Assembly: GCA_965202585.1 (NCBI GenBank)
Contig: OZ241827.1
Location: forward strand, 12,028,001 to 12,092,000
Direction: 5' to 3'
Length of the DNA: 64,000 nucleotides
From: Thalia democratica
Lineage: Eukaryota
The notes below the pieces were generated by a model, which was not told where the DNA came from, made no database searches, and saw nothing but the letters and a program-made list of their open reading frames with translations. Shown in pieces: positions 13,926-26,500 of this stretch; positions within the stretch are counted from its first letter, which is position 1; each line of letters opens with the position of its first letter. The translations under genes and the position numbers were made by a program.

Positions 13926-16900
13926 TTTTGAAAAATTGTACTTTCCTACTTGCGCTGGTTTAGAAATTTAGGGGACCAAAAGCTGCAAAAAGAGATGGGG
14001 CCATAAGTCCATTAATTAAAACTTACACCAGATTTTCTTTAGTTGAAATGAAGAGCATAAAATTGAGGTCTTAGGCGTATTTGATATTTGTATTTAAGAG
14101 AGGCCATAGCTTATTTTGTTTCGTTTGCTTTTGAAAAAAAATTTATACAATAGGTTTTAAGGATAAACTAAGTTCTAAAAAAAGTGTATAATAAGGTTAA
14201 AAACCACGACTAAACTAAAAATAATTACTCAAACTTTTTATATGAAGTATCCTTAAAAATTAAGCCAACCATTTTGTAATTTTAGTTTATAGTTGTCTCT
14301 ATCATTTATGTGTAACTTATAACAAGAAAACAAACAAAATAATTGTATAATAGTCATACAACTGATATGTAGAAACAACTTTAACAGAAATCGTTTAACA
14401 CACTATTATAAAATTAAAATGTTTTTTTATTAAAAAAAAGCCTTTAAAACATTGCAAACTTAAATTTCACAAAGAAAAATAAATAATAAATATTCATATA
14501 TAATTTTTTTTATTTTTTAACTCAGATTAATTTAATATGTGAAATAAACAGTATTTGAAATTTTGCAAAGTTTAATGATATTCAAGCCTAACTGCTAGTA
14601 AAAAACTTTTAAAATTTTGAATGTTGTGGTTTATTTCTAAAAAAATTATAAACTTTACTTATTTAGCTTTAATATCTAAGTAAATGGACATATATATATA
14701 TATATTAATTTATTTTTAAATTTCAAATTTATTGAGAAAAATTATGTAAAAAGACTCTAAAATAACAAGATCACTTAAGTATTAAAACAAATTTCAACTG
14801 TATCATTTTAAATTTGTTAATAGAACTTTAAACCTAAGATTGGTTAAAATTTTTAAGTATTAAAGTATATTAATTTAATTCAATTTGATTACAATAGATT
14901 TTAAAAATATAATTCTAACTGAAATAATTAAAACACTGTGGGTAACATATTTTTCTAAAACAAAAGCAGTAATAATAAATTTAATAAAATACTTTCTGTA
15001 ATCAATTTAAAATATCTGTAATTGAAGCAATTTAACCCAGTACAATTTAAATATCTAACAATTCCAACAAAGTTAATAAACATATTTTAAACAGTTTGTA
15101 ATTAATCTTAGTTAAATAGTACACTGTTGTCAATTAAATATTTAGAATAAAGCAAAAAAACACAACTTAGTGTTAACTACTACATTTTTTCAAGTAAAAA
15201 ATATTCTTACTATTAATTATTTATGTAAATTAACATTAAACTACAGCTTATCAGAATTTTATAAAGAAATTTTTAACTTTTTTATTGGATTTCTTTATTT
15301 TTTTAACATTTTCAATTTTCTGCAAAGAAATTTTTTCTAGAAAATAGTTTACTAATACTTTTTATTTTTGTATAAACTCAGACTGTCTTCTTTAAGTATT
15401 TTTTTAAGTAGCTTAAAATAAAAATAAACTTTCCATAGTTTTTAATTTTTTAAAGAACAACTTAAAAATCTTAAGGAAAAAGAGAATTTTATAAATAGGA
15501 AATGCTGTCTGTAACAGTTATGCTTACTTGATTATTTTTATACTAAAATTAACTATGCAAGTTCTTTTTTAGATAAAATGTTTAAAGATTTAATTTTCAA
15601 ATTTTTAAACAGTACTTATCTATTTAAACTTTTAACCTTCTTTATAAGCTGTTTTTTGACCAAAAAGTGACCGAAAGTAAAATGACATTTTATAAGTTCA
15701 AAAAAAATTAAGATTTAAAATGACCTTTTAAAGTTCAAAAATTAAGTTATTTTAATAAATGTTTGAAAATTTTTTAAAACTTTTCATTTTTTAAATTATG
15801 TTCAAAAATTCCAAAAATCATTTAAATAAGCTTTTACAATTTTCTAACATAAACCATTTTTTTAAAACATCTAATTTTAACCAAGGGATGAATAACACAT
15901 AACCATTAACTTTTAGTCACCTAGCACTTTGTTAAAAGTATCTCGATTCTCGACTAGTATTTGTTTTATAATCAGATATCTTTCTTATATACTATTAAAA
16001 TTTAAAGTATTTCAACAAAAATTTAATTGCAAAATTTGTCTAAATTATTTGTGAGTAAGAAGTGTAGCTAGTCTAATTACTTTTATGATAGTTTTATATT
16101 TTACCGTTATGTTTATGTATAATCCTAAATAAAAACTATTTGTCATTCGGTGAGATAACTTATCTATATAAATCAAACTTAATTTTAATTAAATTATTTT
16201 TTAAACGAAATGATTTTTTGAATTAATTTTATTCTTAATTTTATGTATCATTTTGTTTAAGTGGGCTAGGTATTGATGCCTGGGTCCATCGTATTGACAA
16301 TAAATTTGCAATTAAAGTAAACGAGGAAACAAAACATTTTATTACAAATTTTAGTCCTTACTATCATCTATAGATGCAATTTATAAGCTTTTAGTTTCTT
16401 CTGATAAAAGATGAAAGTAGGACTAATTTTTGTAAAAAATATTTTCTTTGCTCGATTACTCAAATTAGAATTAAAAAGAATTTCGATTAAATTAGAAGGT
16501 CAAAAAAGAGCTTATAAAGAAGGTCAAAAGTTTAAATAGATAATTGTATAAAAATTAAAAAAATACATACTTAAAAAAATTTATCTTAAAAAGTCTTTGG
16601 CACGGTTTAACTCAAGTATTAACATGTTCAAGTAAAAATAAAAAAAATATACACATTAATTATAAAGTTAAAAGACTGGCGATTAATACTCAGAAAACAT
16701 TTTTTGCCCTTCACCATCAACTCTGATTTTCTAGTACAAGTTTTAATATTACATTTAAATATTTTTTTAGCGGTTTACTGTAAACTTCAGAATGTCAAAT
16801 GAATACTTTGAGTTATGATGGCCCCGTTGAGACTCCTTTACTTCCCAGGATCCCCTTTGCGGCCTATAGCCACAAAAATTTCTGGAACAGCTATCTATGG

Positions 16901-19900
16901 GAAAGCCTGGTACATTATTAGCTTAAAAATAACCTTAATTTTAATAGTTTTCACTAAAAACTTTCTCAAGCGTATTGGTTTAGAACTGCAAGTATATGAA
17001 GTTATTCTACTATTTTAAATCAACCTACACAACAACTATAAATGTAAGTAATCAGCATTTAATTTATTTAAATATTTTGTTTTGTTTAAGCAAATTATTA
17101 CCTGTGGACAGGTTTTAGACAAATTTTAATAAAAATCTTGAATAATTTCATTACACATACCATAGTTGTGAATTTATTAATGAAAAGTTATTATACAATC
17201 AATCAAGCATGGCATTTTAAATTGAAACAGACAAACTGTTTGTACATTGAACTGTATTGTTGCAGTGTACAGTAAAGTTTTTCAGTTTATAAGTTCCATA
17301 TAAAACAGTTTAAAACAGTTTATTATTTATTAAAAAAAAATATGTAAAATGTGGTCAAAGCATTCTAGTACAATTAATCGTTTAATTTTAAACTAATTAA
17401 TTTAGACCTCCTATAACTCTGATAAATTAAATTGTATAAATTTATACTTCTTTTATAAGGTGTTATTTTTGTTTCTTATATTTTGTATTCAAAAATTTGT
17501 GACTTCTTAGATTTTATTTAGTGTTATAACAAAACGCAAGTAAATTGTTGATTTTTTTTAATGAAGAAGTTTTTAAGAACTTAATAGTGTTTAAAATAAA
17601 GTTTTAAATACTAAAATACTATTTTTAGTCTAAAATATTACTAGTTTACTCTAAATTAATATTTATTATTCGTATAGCCTCGTCTGAATCATTTAATCTT
17701 CCCCTGTTCTAAAGTTGTTGAAAGTCGTAATATTGAATGTAACAAAATTATTCAACCGGAACACAAGTATTTAAGACATGTTATAACTATTTTGGGACTA
17801 TTCTTGGTAAGACCTAGAGCTTGTATTAAGGTATTGCTAAAAGCTACTATTAGACACTTTTTAGAACTGCATGTTGTTTGTTTTTGTATGCTTGTTATTT
17901 AAGTATTAAAAGTTTTTATTTGGCCATAATAAATTGTTTAAAATTTCTTTCAATATTTTATAGTTAACATTATTTAAAGTTTTACAGTATTTTACTTTTA
18001 AACATAAACTATTATAAAGTTTTTTTTATTCTAATTTATTCAAAAAATTAACTTATATTTTGTTAACAAAACATTGAAATTCCATGGTTCTTTTTATTAA
18101 AGATAAATCACTAAAATAGTATTCTCTGATTTATATAAAGTAGCTAAACTATCATCTAGCATTTCTAAGTATTTTGATAACGTAGGGTTAATTAAAACCA
18201 GGAGGGTCAATAATGTAAGTGTACCACAATCCATACCCTACAAACTTTGGAAACACCTTACAAAAAATAAATAAAAAATTGAGAAAAAATCTTGATAAAG
18301 CACTAAAACAGTTGGTTTTAGACTTTTTAAATGAAATCGGTAATTATTATATGAATTTTAAAAGCAAATAGAATAAATATATGACAATTTGAATTGTTAA
18401 AATGTCTTTTTAATTTTTTTATTACAACTGAAAATAATATTAAAATATCTGTATTTAGAAAAATACCATATTTCTTTACAACTGTGATGAATAAACTCTT
18501 GTACTTTTTAACTAACTAACTTCTGGAAAGATAATGTGAAACTAAGTCATCTTAAATTTTTTTTAATTAATTTTTAAAATATTTGATTAACTTTAAAAGT
18601 ATCTAAATAAGTTTTTTCAAATCAACAGAAATCTATTTTTTGATTAAATTATCAACAGATAAGCTTGCTTAAGTTATCCTATATATTTAAACATCACAAA
18701 CTAGACTGAATTATTTTGAGTTTTCAAAATACTTCAAACTAGAATGAGTTAGCATATCTGTTATAATGAAACAAAATTACAATAAACTATATCAACTTTG
18801 AAAAACAGTATGTTTCTGTAATCATTTTGTTTCCTATTTTTATAGAATAATTTTATTTATATTTAAAAAATAAAATATATTGTTGATAAAATTGCTTATA
18901 TAAAAGCTAAACTATTATTTATATAGAATGAATCAGGTAGCATGGTTTTTAAAAGTTATTTAATTTTAGTTTATAGCTTTAAAATATTAATTCCAAAATA
19001 ATTACGCCTTTCAGTTATTTCTCCTAAGAAAACTCATTATTTAAGTACCTAAGTCTTTAAGTACTTAAGTGTTATTAATAAAATTAAGTAACTAAGTAAT
19101 CAAATTAAGAAAAACTTAATCTATTTAGCTAACCTCTCTATTTAAAATCAGTTCAAACTAGTATAACCTAGATATCATTTTGAAATTTTAAAATTACTGG
19201 CTGGGTAAAATTATTAAAAAAACATTCTTCGTAGGTTCTACTTTTAAAGAAGAACTAAACTCTATTCAAAATTGTTACTAAAAAACGAGAAGTTTGTTTA
19301 TAAAGTTGTAATTAAACGATCAAAAACTTAGTTGATTATTATCTACAATTCTAAATAAACCTACGAAAATGTATTTTCATAACATAACATGCTTATTAGA
19401 AAGAACAACAACAACATTTTAAATTTTACGGAATCAAGTTATTAAAACAGATTTGAAAGTATATTTTGATATTTTATATGTAATCTTTATTATGTTAAAA
19501 ACATCATGATAGAGTTGCCAATGAAGATTTAACTGAAAATTTTAACTACCTAAAAATAAAAATGTACCTTTATTAAACTAAAAATTTCAATTTTTACTAC
19601 GTTTTTCAAAGAAATTAAACAACTAGTAATTAAATATAATAGTTAAAATACAAAAACTTAGGTTAAATTTAAAACTCATTTTAATTTAGAAAAGGGTACT
19701 AAATTTACAGTCTTAAAATTTGTTAATTTAATTAACTAACGCGATTAACAAAGAAATTAACAAAGTATTATAACTTAATCTTTTAACTTACTTTGATTAT
19801 ATTTTTCATAAAATTATACAGTTTATAACATACTTATAATAAATCTTTAAATAGCTTTGAAAAGCGTGCAAGTATATTGTTAACTGTTATTTCACACATA

Positions 19901-21055
19901 GGTATGATATGTTATAATAAAGTTAATTTGATACAAAATTCAGTTAAATTAATCAATCTATTATATAATTTTCTTTCTTTAAAAAAAACGACAGTTGGCA
20001 ATAAGCAGTTTAAAAACTGTTTAAAATGTTCCTTATATTTAAAAAACTTTTATCTTTGACTTTTACGTTGACCTAATAGTTTGTATTAAAAAATGATACA
20101 TTATAAAATTTTGTTACTCTGGTTTATGATGCTTAAAAATTATTTTGTTGTAAATTTATGTTTACTAATTATAAAAATAAAATTGTTTGCTTTATCTTTC
20201 CTGTTAAGATCTCAATATTTTTGTAAAACTAAATCTTTTAATTATGTTTAGTTGTTTGAACTCATGCGAGGAATTAGCTTTTATTAGTTTGTAATAAAAT
20301 ATAGATTAACTAAAATTAGAGCTTGATAAATATAATCTTATTTAAATCTAAGTAGTGCTATGCCGTAACTAAAGTTTCATAACTTAAAAGCCGTTTTAAA
20401 ATATTTTTTCTACTGAACATTTGGTTTTATAAAAACCATTTAAAGAATTTACAGTTTGTAGTAGCTTAATTATTATCAATAGGCTACTATTGTTTTCACC
20501 CCAATTTTTTTAATTTCACTAATTTTGATGCATGTTAAATAAAATTTCTAGGTTTTATTATATTAATTAAAAATTTTTGATAAAACATATCCAATTCAAG
20601 GTTGTTCCAGTTAAATTTTACGATGATTTTTTAATTTTTGAAAATGATTTAGCAAATTTTTTCAAAGCTTTTGTTAATTGGTAGTTTAATTATAGCCTTT
20701 TTCGTAACCAACCTAACCTAAACTTATAAAAAATTTAATTTTAAAAAATTTGATAAGAAATACAATTTATTATTTTTTGCTGATTCAACTTTTTTAGATC
20801 TAACTGAGTTTGACGTAAACTAGCGATGATTTTTATACTTGTCATTACGTTTTTCATACTTGAATATATACACTGTCACATAACATACATAGAGATATTA
20901 GTGGTTATTTATAAAATTATATAAAACCGAGAAAAAAATTCGAAATATTTTACTTAATAAATTATTTAATTTTAAGAACGTTAGTTTTAAATACAAATAA
21001 AATTAACAAAAGGGTTGATCATGCCAATTCGATCATCAGACCACAAGTTTCGGTA

Positions 21056-21098
21056 GACTGAGACCGGTTTCGTCCTTATTAGGACTCATCAGTCAGTC
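21056..21098 (-). ncRNA. Minimal type I hammerhead ribozyme
   Basis: Minus strand GACUGA-CUGAUGA-GUCCU AAUA AGGAC-GAAA-C CG G-UC-UCAGUC. Stem I GACUGA/UCAGUC (extendable to 21044-21114), complete core, stem II, minimal palindromic stem III ACCGGU, and a GUC cleavage triplet (cut between 21062 and 21061). Confidence 0.9.
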
Positions 21099-21239
21099 AC
21101 AACCGAAAAACTTGTAGTCGTCAATCTACAAACAGTTTATGATGCTTTCGCATAAAGCAACCATTTGCTGGCAATGATTAGTGACGTCAGTATTGTCTTT
21201 GCCGTGCAACGTTTAAAGCATTGTCCACTAGGCAAGACA

Positions 21240-21715
21240 TCTGGTACGCTCGTTCTGCAGACTTTCGCCGTTCTGCATCGTTCTGGTAAGCTCGTTCTGC
21301 ATCGGATCTGGTAAGCTCGTTCTGCATCGATCTGGTAAGCTCGTTCTGCATCGATCTGGTAAGCTCGTTCTGCATCGATCTGGTAAGCTCGTTCTGCATC
21401 GATCTGGTAAGCTCGTTCTGCATCGGATCTGGTAAGCTCGTTCTGCATCGTTCTGGTAAGCTCGTTCTGCATCGATCTGGTAAGCTCGTTCTGCATCGAT
21501 CTGGTAAGCTCGTTCTGCATCGATCTGGTAAGCTCGTTCTGCATCGGATCTGGTAAGCTCGTTCTGCATCGTTCTGGTAAGCTCGTTCTGCATCGTTCTG
21601 GTAAGCTCGTTCTGCATCGTTCTGGTAAGCTCGTTCTGCATCGATCTGGTAAGCTCGTTCTGCATCGATCTGGTAAGCTCGTTCTGCATCGATCTGGTAA
21701 GCTCGTTCTGCATCG
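21240..21715. repeat. 24-bp minisatellite (GATCTGGTAAGCTCGTTCTGCATC)n, about 18 units
   Basis: Tandem units with GTTCTGG/GATCTGG variants and occasional 25-nt units. This explains the three repetitive ORFs in the track. Confidence 0.95.
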
Positions 21716-23555
21716 GACTTGTTCTGCTGACTTTCGCCGATTTTGTTGATTGACAAATAAAATTAGAGTTAAATTTGAAGTTGCAAGGTAAAAGTTGTGT
21801 TGGTTTACAATAAAACATTAAGAGTTAATTGATTTTGTTCCAAAATCATAAAAATAATGTACGAACCTAGAATTTAGAACAATTTTTATTTTTCAAAGAA
21901 AAAATTGTAAAAAGTACGAAATATATGAAAAAAAAATTATAAAAAACTTAAAATTTTTATCAACACATTTATATAAAAATTAGAGCATCATTTTCGCACT
22001 TTTAATTTTTTTAATATTTGCTTAATTTTATTTGAAATTTAAATTATAAAAAAAAACTTAATTAAAAAGGCGAAAAGAAAGTAAAATATTTTATAAAAAA
22101 CTAAAAATAAATAGCATTAATGTGTTTTAAAGGAAGATAATTGATAAAAAGATTATGTTAGGAGTGCCTCCTCAGAATTTGTTAGCTAGACATTTTTATA
22201 ACCTTAAAGGAGAAATGCATTTAAGTAGCAACTCCTAGATAACTTATAATAAGCTTAAACACATCTTACAAACTTAAGTACATCACGAGCAACATAGTAC
22301 CTTAATTGTGTTTTATTAATTATTTAGTTTTATTCATTTATCGACACTTAACCTAAGACCAACTAACTTTAGAACATTTAATTTTTATTCTTCTAAGAAC
22401 CAATTCCAGGTTTTCGAGTTATTTTTTTGTGATTTTTTTAAATTTAAAGGTTATATATAAAAAAATGAATTGCTTATCTAATGATTTCTTAAAATTATAT
22501 TCACAAGTCAGTCTTAGCTGAAAAAACGTTGAAAATAATAATGATTTAGCAGCCTTTTTAAAGCTTTTGTTGATAAGTAGTTTATTGATAGCCTTCTCCC
22601 TATCCAACCTAACCGAAACATATCAAAAATTAAAGTTAAAAAAATAAGATAAGAAACAAATTTATTACGTTTTGCTGATTCAACTTTTTTGGTCCGACTG
22701 AATTTGAAGTAAACTAGCGATGATTTTTTTACTCTTTATTACGTTTTTCACACTTGTATAGTATGTTGTGTCTTATAACATACATAGAGATATTAGTTGT
22801 TTTTTATTAAACTTGTACAAAACGAGAAAAAATATTCAAAATGTTATGCTTAAGAAGTTATTTCATTTTAAAGACGGTAGTTTTAAAAACAAAATAAATT
22901 CAGAGTTAGATTTTAAGTTGCAATGTTAAAAGTTGTGTTGGTTTACAATAAAACATTTAGAGTCAATAAATTTTGTTCCAAAGTCATTAAAATAATGTAC
23001 AAACCTAGTATTTAGAATATTTTTTATTTTTCAAACGAAAAAAATTGTATAAACTACGAAATAGATAAACAAAAAAGATATATAAAACTTAGAATTTTTG
23101 TTAATACATATATAACAAACTTAGAACTAATTTATAATAGGAAAATATTTGGTAAAATTATTATGTTAGGAGTGCCTCCTAAGAATTTTATTACTAAATA
23201 TTTGTGTAATCTGAAAGGAGAAATGCTTTAGATAACAACTCATAGATTACTTATAATAAGCTTAAACATATCTCACAAATTTAACCTTATCATATAATAC
23301 CTTAACTATGTTTTATTAATATTTTAGTTATAACATTTTAAGAACACTTAATGGTTTACACAACAATAATACTTGGTAACGACTAACAATAGCACAATAG
23401 TAAGCTTACACACTTCTTACAAATATGTATTCATTGTGGATAAAAAATACTAGGAGTATGTCTTATTTTATTTCTTTTTTGCTAACTAAACTCCTTAGTT
23501 TACATATAACTGACACCAAATTATAAATATCAGAAGCATAATAATAAACTTAAAT

Positions 23556-26500
23556 ATGGATTACAAACTTGAATCAATCAAAAAAGAAATAATTCCTAGA
23601 ATGCTCCTTCACGCAATGAGCCGGCCATTTCATGATCCTGCTGATCCGATTGCGCAAGATAGACAGGTAAGTTTCTGTGGAGTATTTAAATAGTAATTAG
23701 TTAATGATTTTGAATATTCATAAAAATTTGTACCGATAAATAATATTCTTGTTTTTTGTTAATTTTAAGTATATTCTAGTTCTCTAAAAAAACGACTATT
23801 TTGTCAAACCAATGTAAATAACTGCCTACATAATAATAAGAATCATTGCATGTAAGGTTTTAACGATGATTTGATTAATTTTTAAGTTTGACTCCTTAAA
23901 GTCAATTTAAAACTGGCATTATATTACTGTATAACAACTTAGAGCACCTGTTTGTGTTTTATTCTTTTAAATTTAACTTGTACTTTTTATCTTAGTTGAT
24001 TTTAAAAAACTTGTGATAACAATATAATTTTCAATTCAAACTTCATAAAGCTAATTAATAATTGATGATATTATATCAAGATAACAAACAAAAATGAACA
24101 AACAATAACCATTACAGTTTACATGTTTAAAATAGTATACTTTGAAAATAGTCATAAGTTTTGCCGACTTTTTATTTATAGTTTTGGTTTTAACTTGTTG
24201 TAAGTGTTCTTTTTTAAAATTTTTACGTATATTTAATTTTAAGAACTGCATATAGATCAAGATAGGTGGTATTAATAACTAAAAATTACACTATAAAATA
24301 TCACCTAATATAGTAATAAATGTTTTACAGGACTACTTTAAAGTCATCAAAAAGCCAATGTGCATAGGAGATATAAAGAAAAAACTGGACAGCAACATGT
24401 ACAAAACTGCTGACGAATGTTTAGCAGATTTTGAATTGATGTTCAAAAACTCTTACGAGTACATTTCTGTAAGTTTTTTTTTTTGTTCCTAGGAAATAAT
24501 ATAGCTCATTAATAAAACCAATGTATAATAATACAAAAATAACTAAGTGTTGCTTCTTGTTTTCTATAGACTTAATACATATTACTTGATTATTCGATGT
24601 TGAAACATACGTTCTACAATTAAATTTTTTTTTTCTTTATTAAAAATATGTTAAAAACTTCACACCTAATGTTAAAAAACAGCCCGGATACAAAATAGTC
24701 GATATGGCTCTTGAACTTCAAGAATATTTAATGACACAACTTAGTGAGCTGGTATCAAAAGAAGAGAGTAGAAGTAAATGCAGCTCCACAGAAGTGAGAA
24801 TTTATAATTTTAATTCTATAGTTAATATTATATATTTAATGCCAATAATAAGATTTAAAAGAACTGTAAACAATGTGTTATATTTTTATTTATGTTATAA
24901 AACCATTTTTTTTTTTGAAATTAAATACTAAATAGTTATGCTTCAACTTATTTTTGGAATACTTTGCTTAAATTAAAAAAAATGCTTATTACAGTAAAAT
25001 CCAAACTTAACATGTTTCAAGTAAGGAAAACATAATTATACTATATTTTATAAACATCAAAACAATTTTTGTAACTTTTATATTTCTTTAGACAAACCAA
25101 AAAACACCAATTGCAAAACTTGATTCGTCAGATGAAAAATTTTTGCCGAAAACAAAAAATAAAACAAGGTTAGTTTTTTATTATATGACAGATTTTAAAT
25201 AAATGTTGCTATATAAAAAAATATAAACTACGAGTTCTCTAAAGCTTTAAATCTAGTTATTCAAATTACTTCTAAAAAGTAAAGTTTATGTTGAAACAAA
25301 TGTACAATTTATAGACTAAAGCCATTTCATTTGATAAATATAGTTTGTGTTTATTTTTACAGATAAACATTTTTACGTCCATAATATGTTTAAATTTTAT
25401 TGCTTGCAAGTTTTAATATTTTTATATTTATTTTTGAAAATTATTTCCACGAAAAATCTTTACAGCCACTTAGAGATACCTAGAATACGACCAAAAAGGT
25501 CTATCGCTGCTACAAAAAGTTATTTTGAAGAAGATATCGAATCTGATGAAAGTAATTGTGACAAAGGTCAACAGAAAGTACCGCCATTGAAAATCAGAAA
25601 GAAAAACAAAAACGTTTTAGACGTAGGAAAGGTAAGTTTTCTTATCAAAAGCTATATTCATGAATATAGAGTTGTTGTTGTTTGTACAATCAAACATTCA
25701 ACAAAAGTATCTTTCATCTTTTGTTCTAGGTTGAACACATAGAATATTATATAAATGTTCTAGATAAGTTATATAAAAAAGTAATATGTTTATTGCTTTT
25801 TACTAAAAATTTGTATAGATTAATCAAAAAACTTCTGCACAAAATGACTTAGTTAGTTCAAAAGCAAAATTAAACCACAAAAAAAAAACAGAGTCGTGAA
25901 GTAGATTTAAACGCTTCCAGTAGTCAAACTCTTCACTCTCAAAACAAAACAACCAGACCAATCAAAAAAGAAACTAAAAAGTATCATAACGTCGTCAACA
26001 AAAAATCTGCAAACTGTAAGTTTTGTTCCTGTTATCAATAATTTAAAGAAATAACAATTTATTATTAACAGGAACAAACATCAGAATTTAAATTTAATTG
26101 TTAGTCAACAAGAAATGTCAGTAAAATTATTTAAACATATTGTTTTTTATTTTAGACTCTTCAGCTCAAAAGCAAGCAAGAAAAAGTTTGTACAACAAGA
26201 ACCATAGAAAACTTGAAAGATTTAAGAAGAACTACATGAGATCGAAAAATATATCGCACAGTTCAAAAAGGTAAGGATTTTTAACAGACTAACCAATTAT
26301 TCTACTTTATTTATAAATTTAAACTATAAATCTAACTTTTTTGTTAAGTTTTATAAGCTCCGTTTATAAGTCAAACAAATATAAACTCATCTGTACGTTT
26401 AGTAAGTTCACACTTTTGTCATGTTTGTATGTAAAACCATAGTTGATTTATATAGTTTGTATTCGTAGACGGTTTAATTCTAGTTAATATGGTTTTATAA

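Larger units (their letters stand above)
21006..21752 (-). mobile_element. Non-autonomous hammerhead-bearing retroelement insertion (Penelope-like fragment or retrozyme-like)
   Basis: Flanked by the 13-bp TSD ACAAATAAAATTA (20993-21005 and 21753-21765). The left arm has the empty site with one copy (about 8176-8188). GC-richer than the flanks; no RT ORF. Confidence 0.8.

Noticed and set aside
12151-17018. Recurrent ORF ...GKAWYIISL... at 12151, 13526 and 16815
   Set aside because: It recurs only because the DNA is duplicated. Starts and lengths differ, and no domain or splice structure was recognised.
21137-21818. Three overlapping repetitive ORFs (DAERAYQI, MQNELTRS, CRTSLPDR)
   Set aside because: They are by-products of a stop-free 24-bp minisatellite with frame-shifting 25-nt units.
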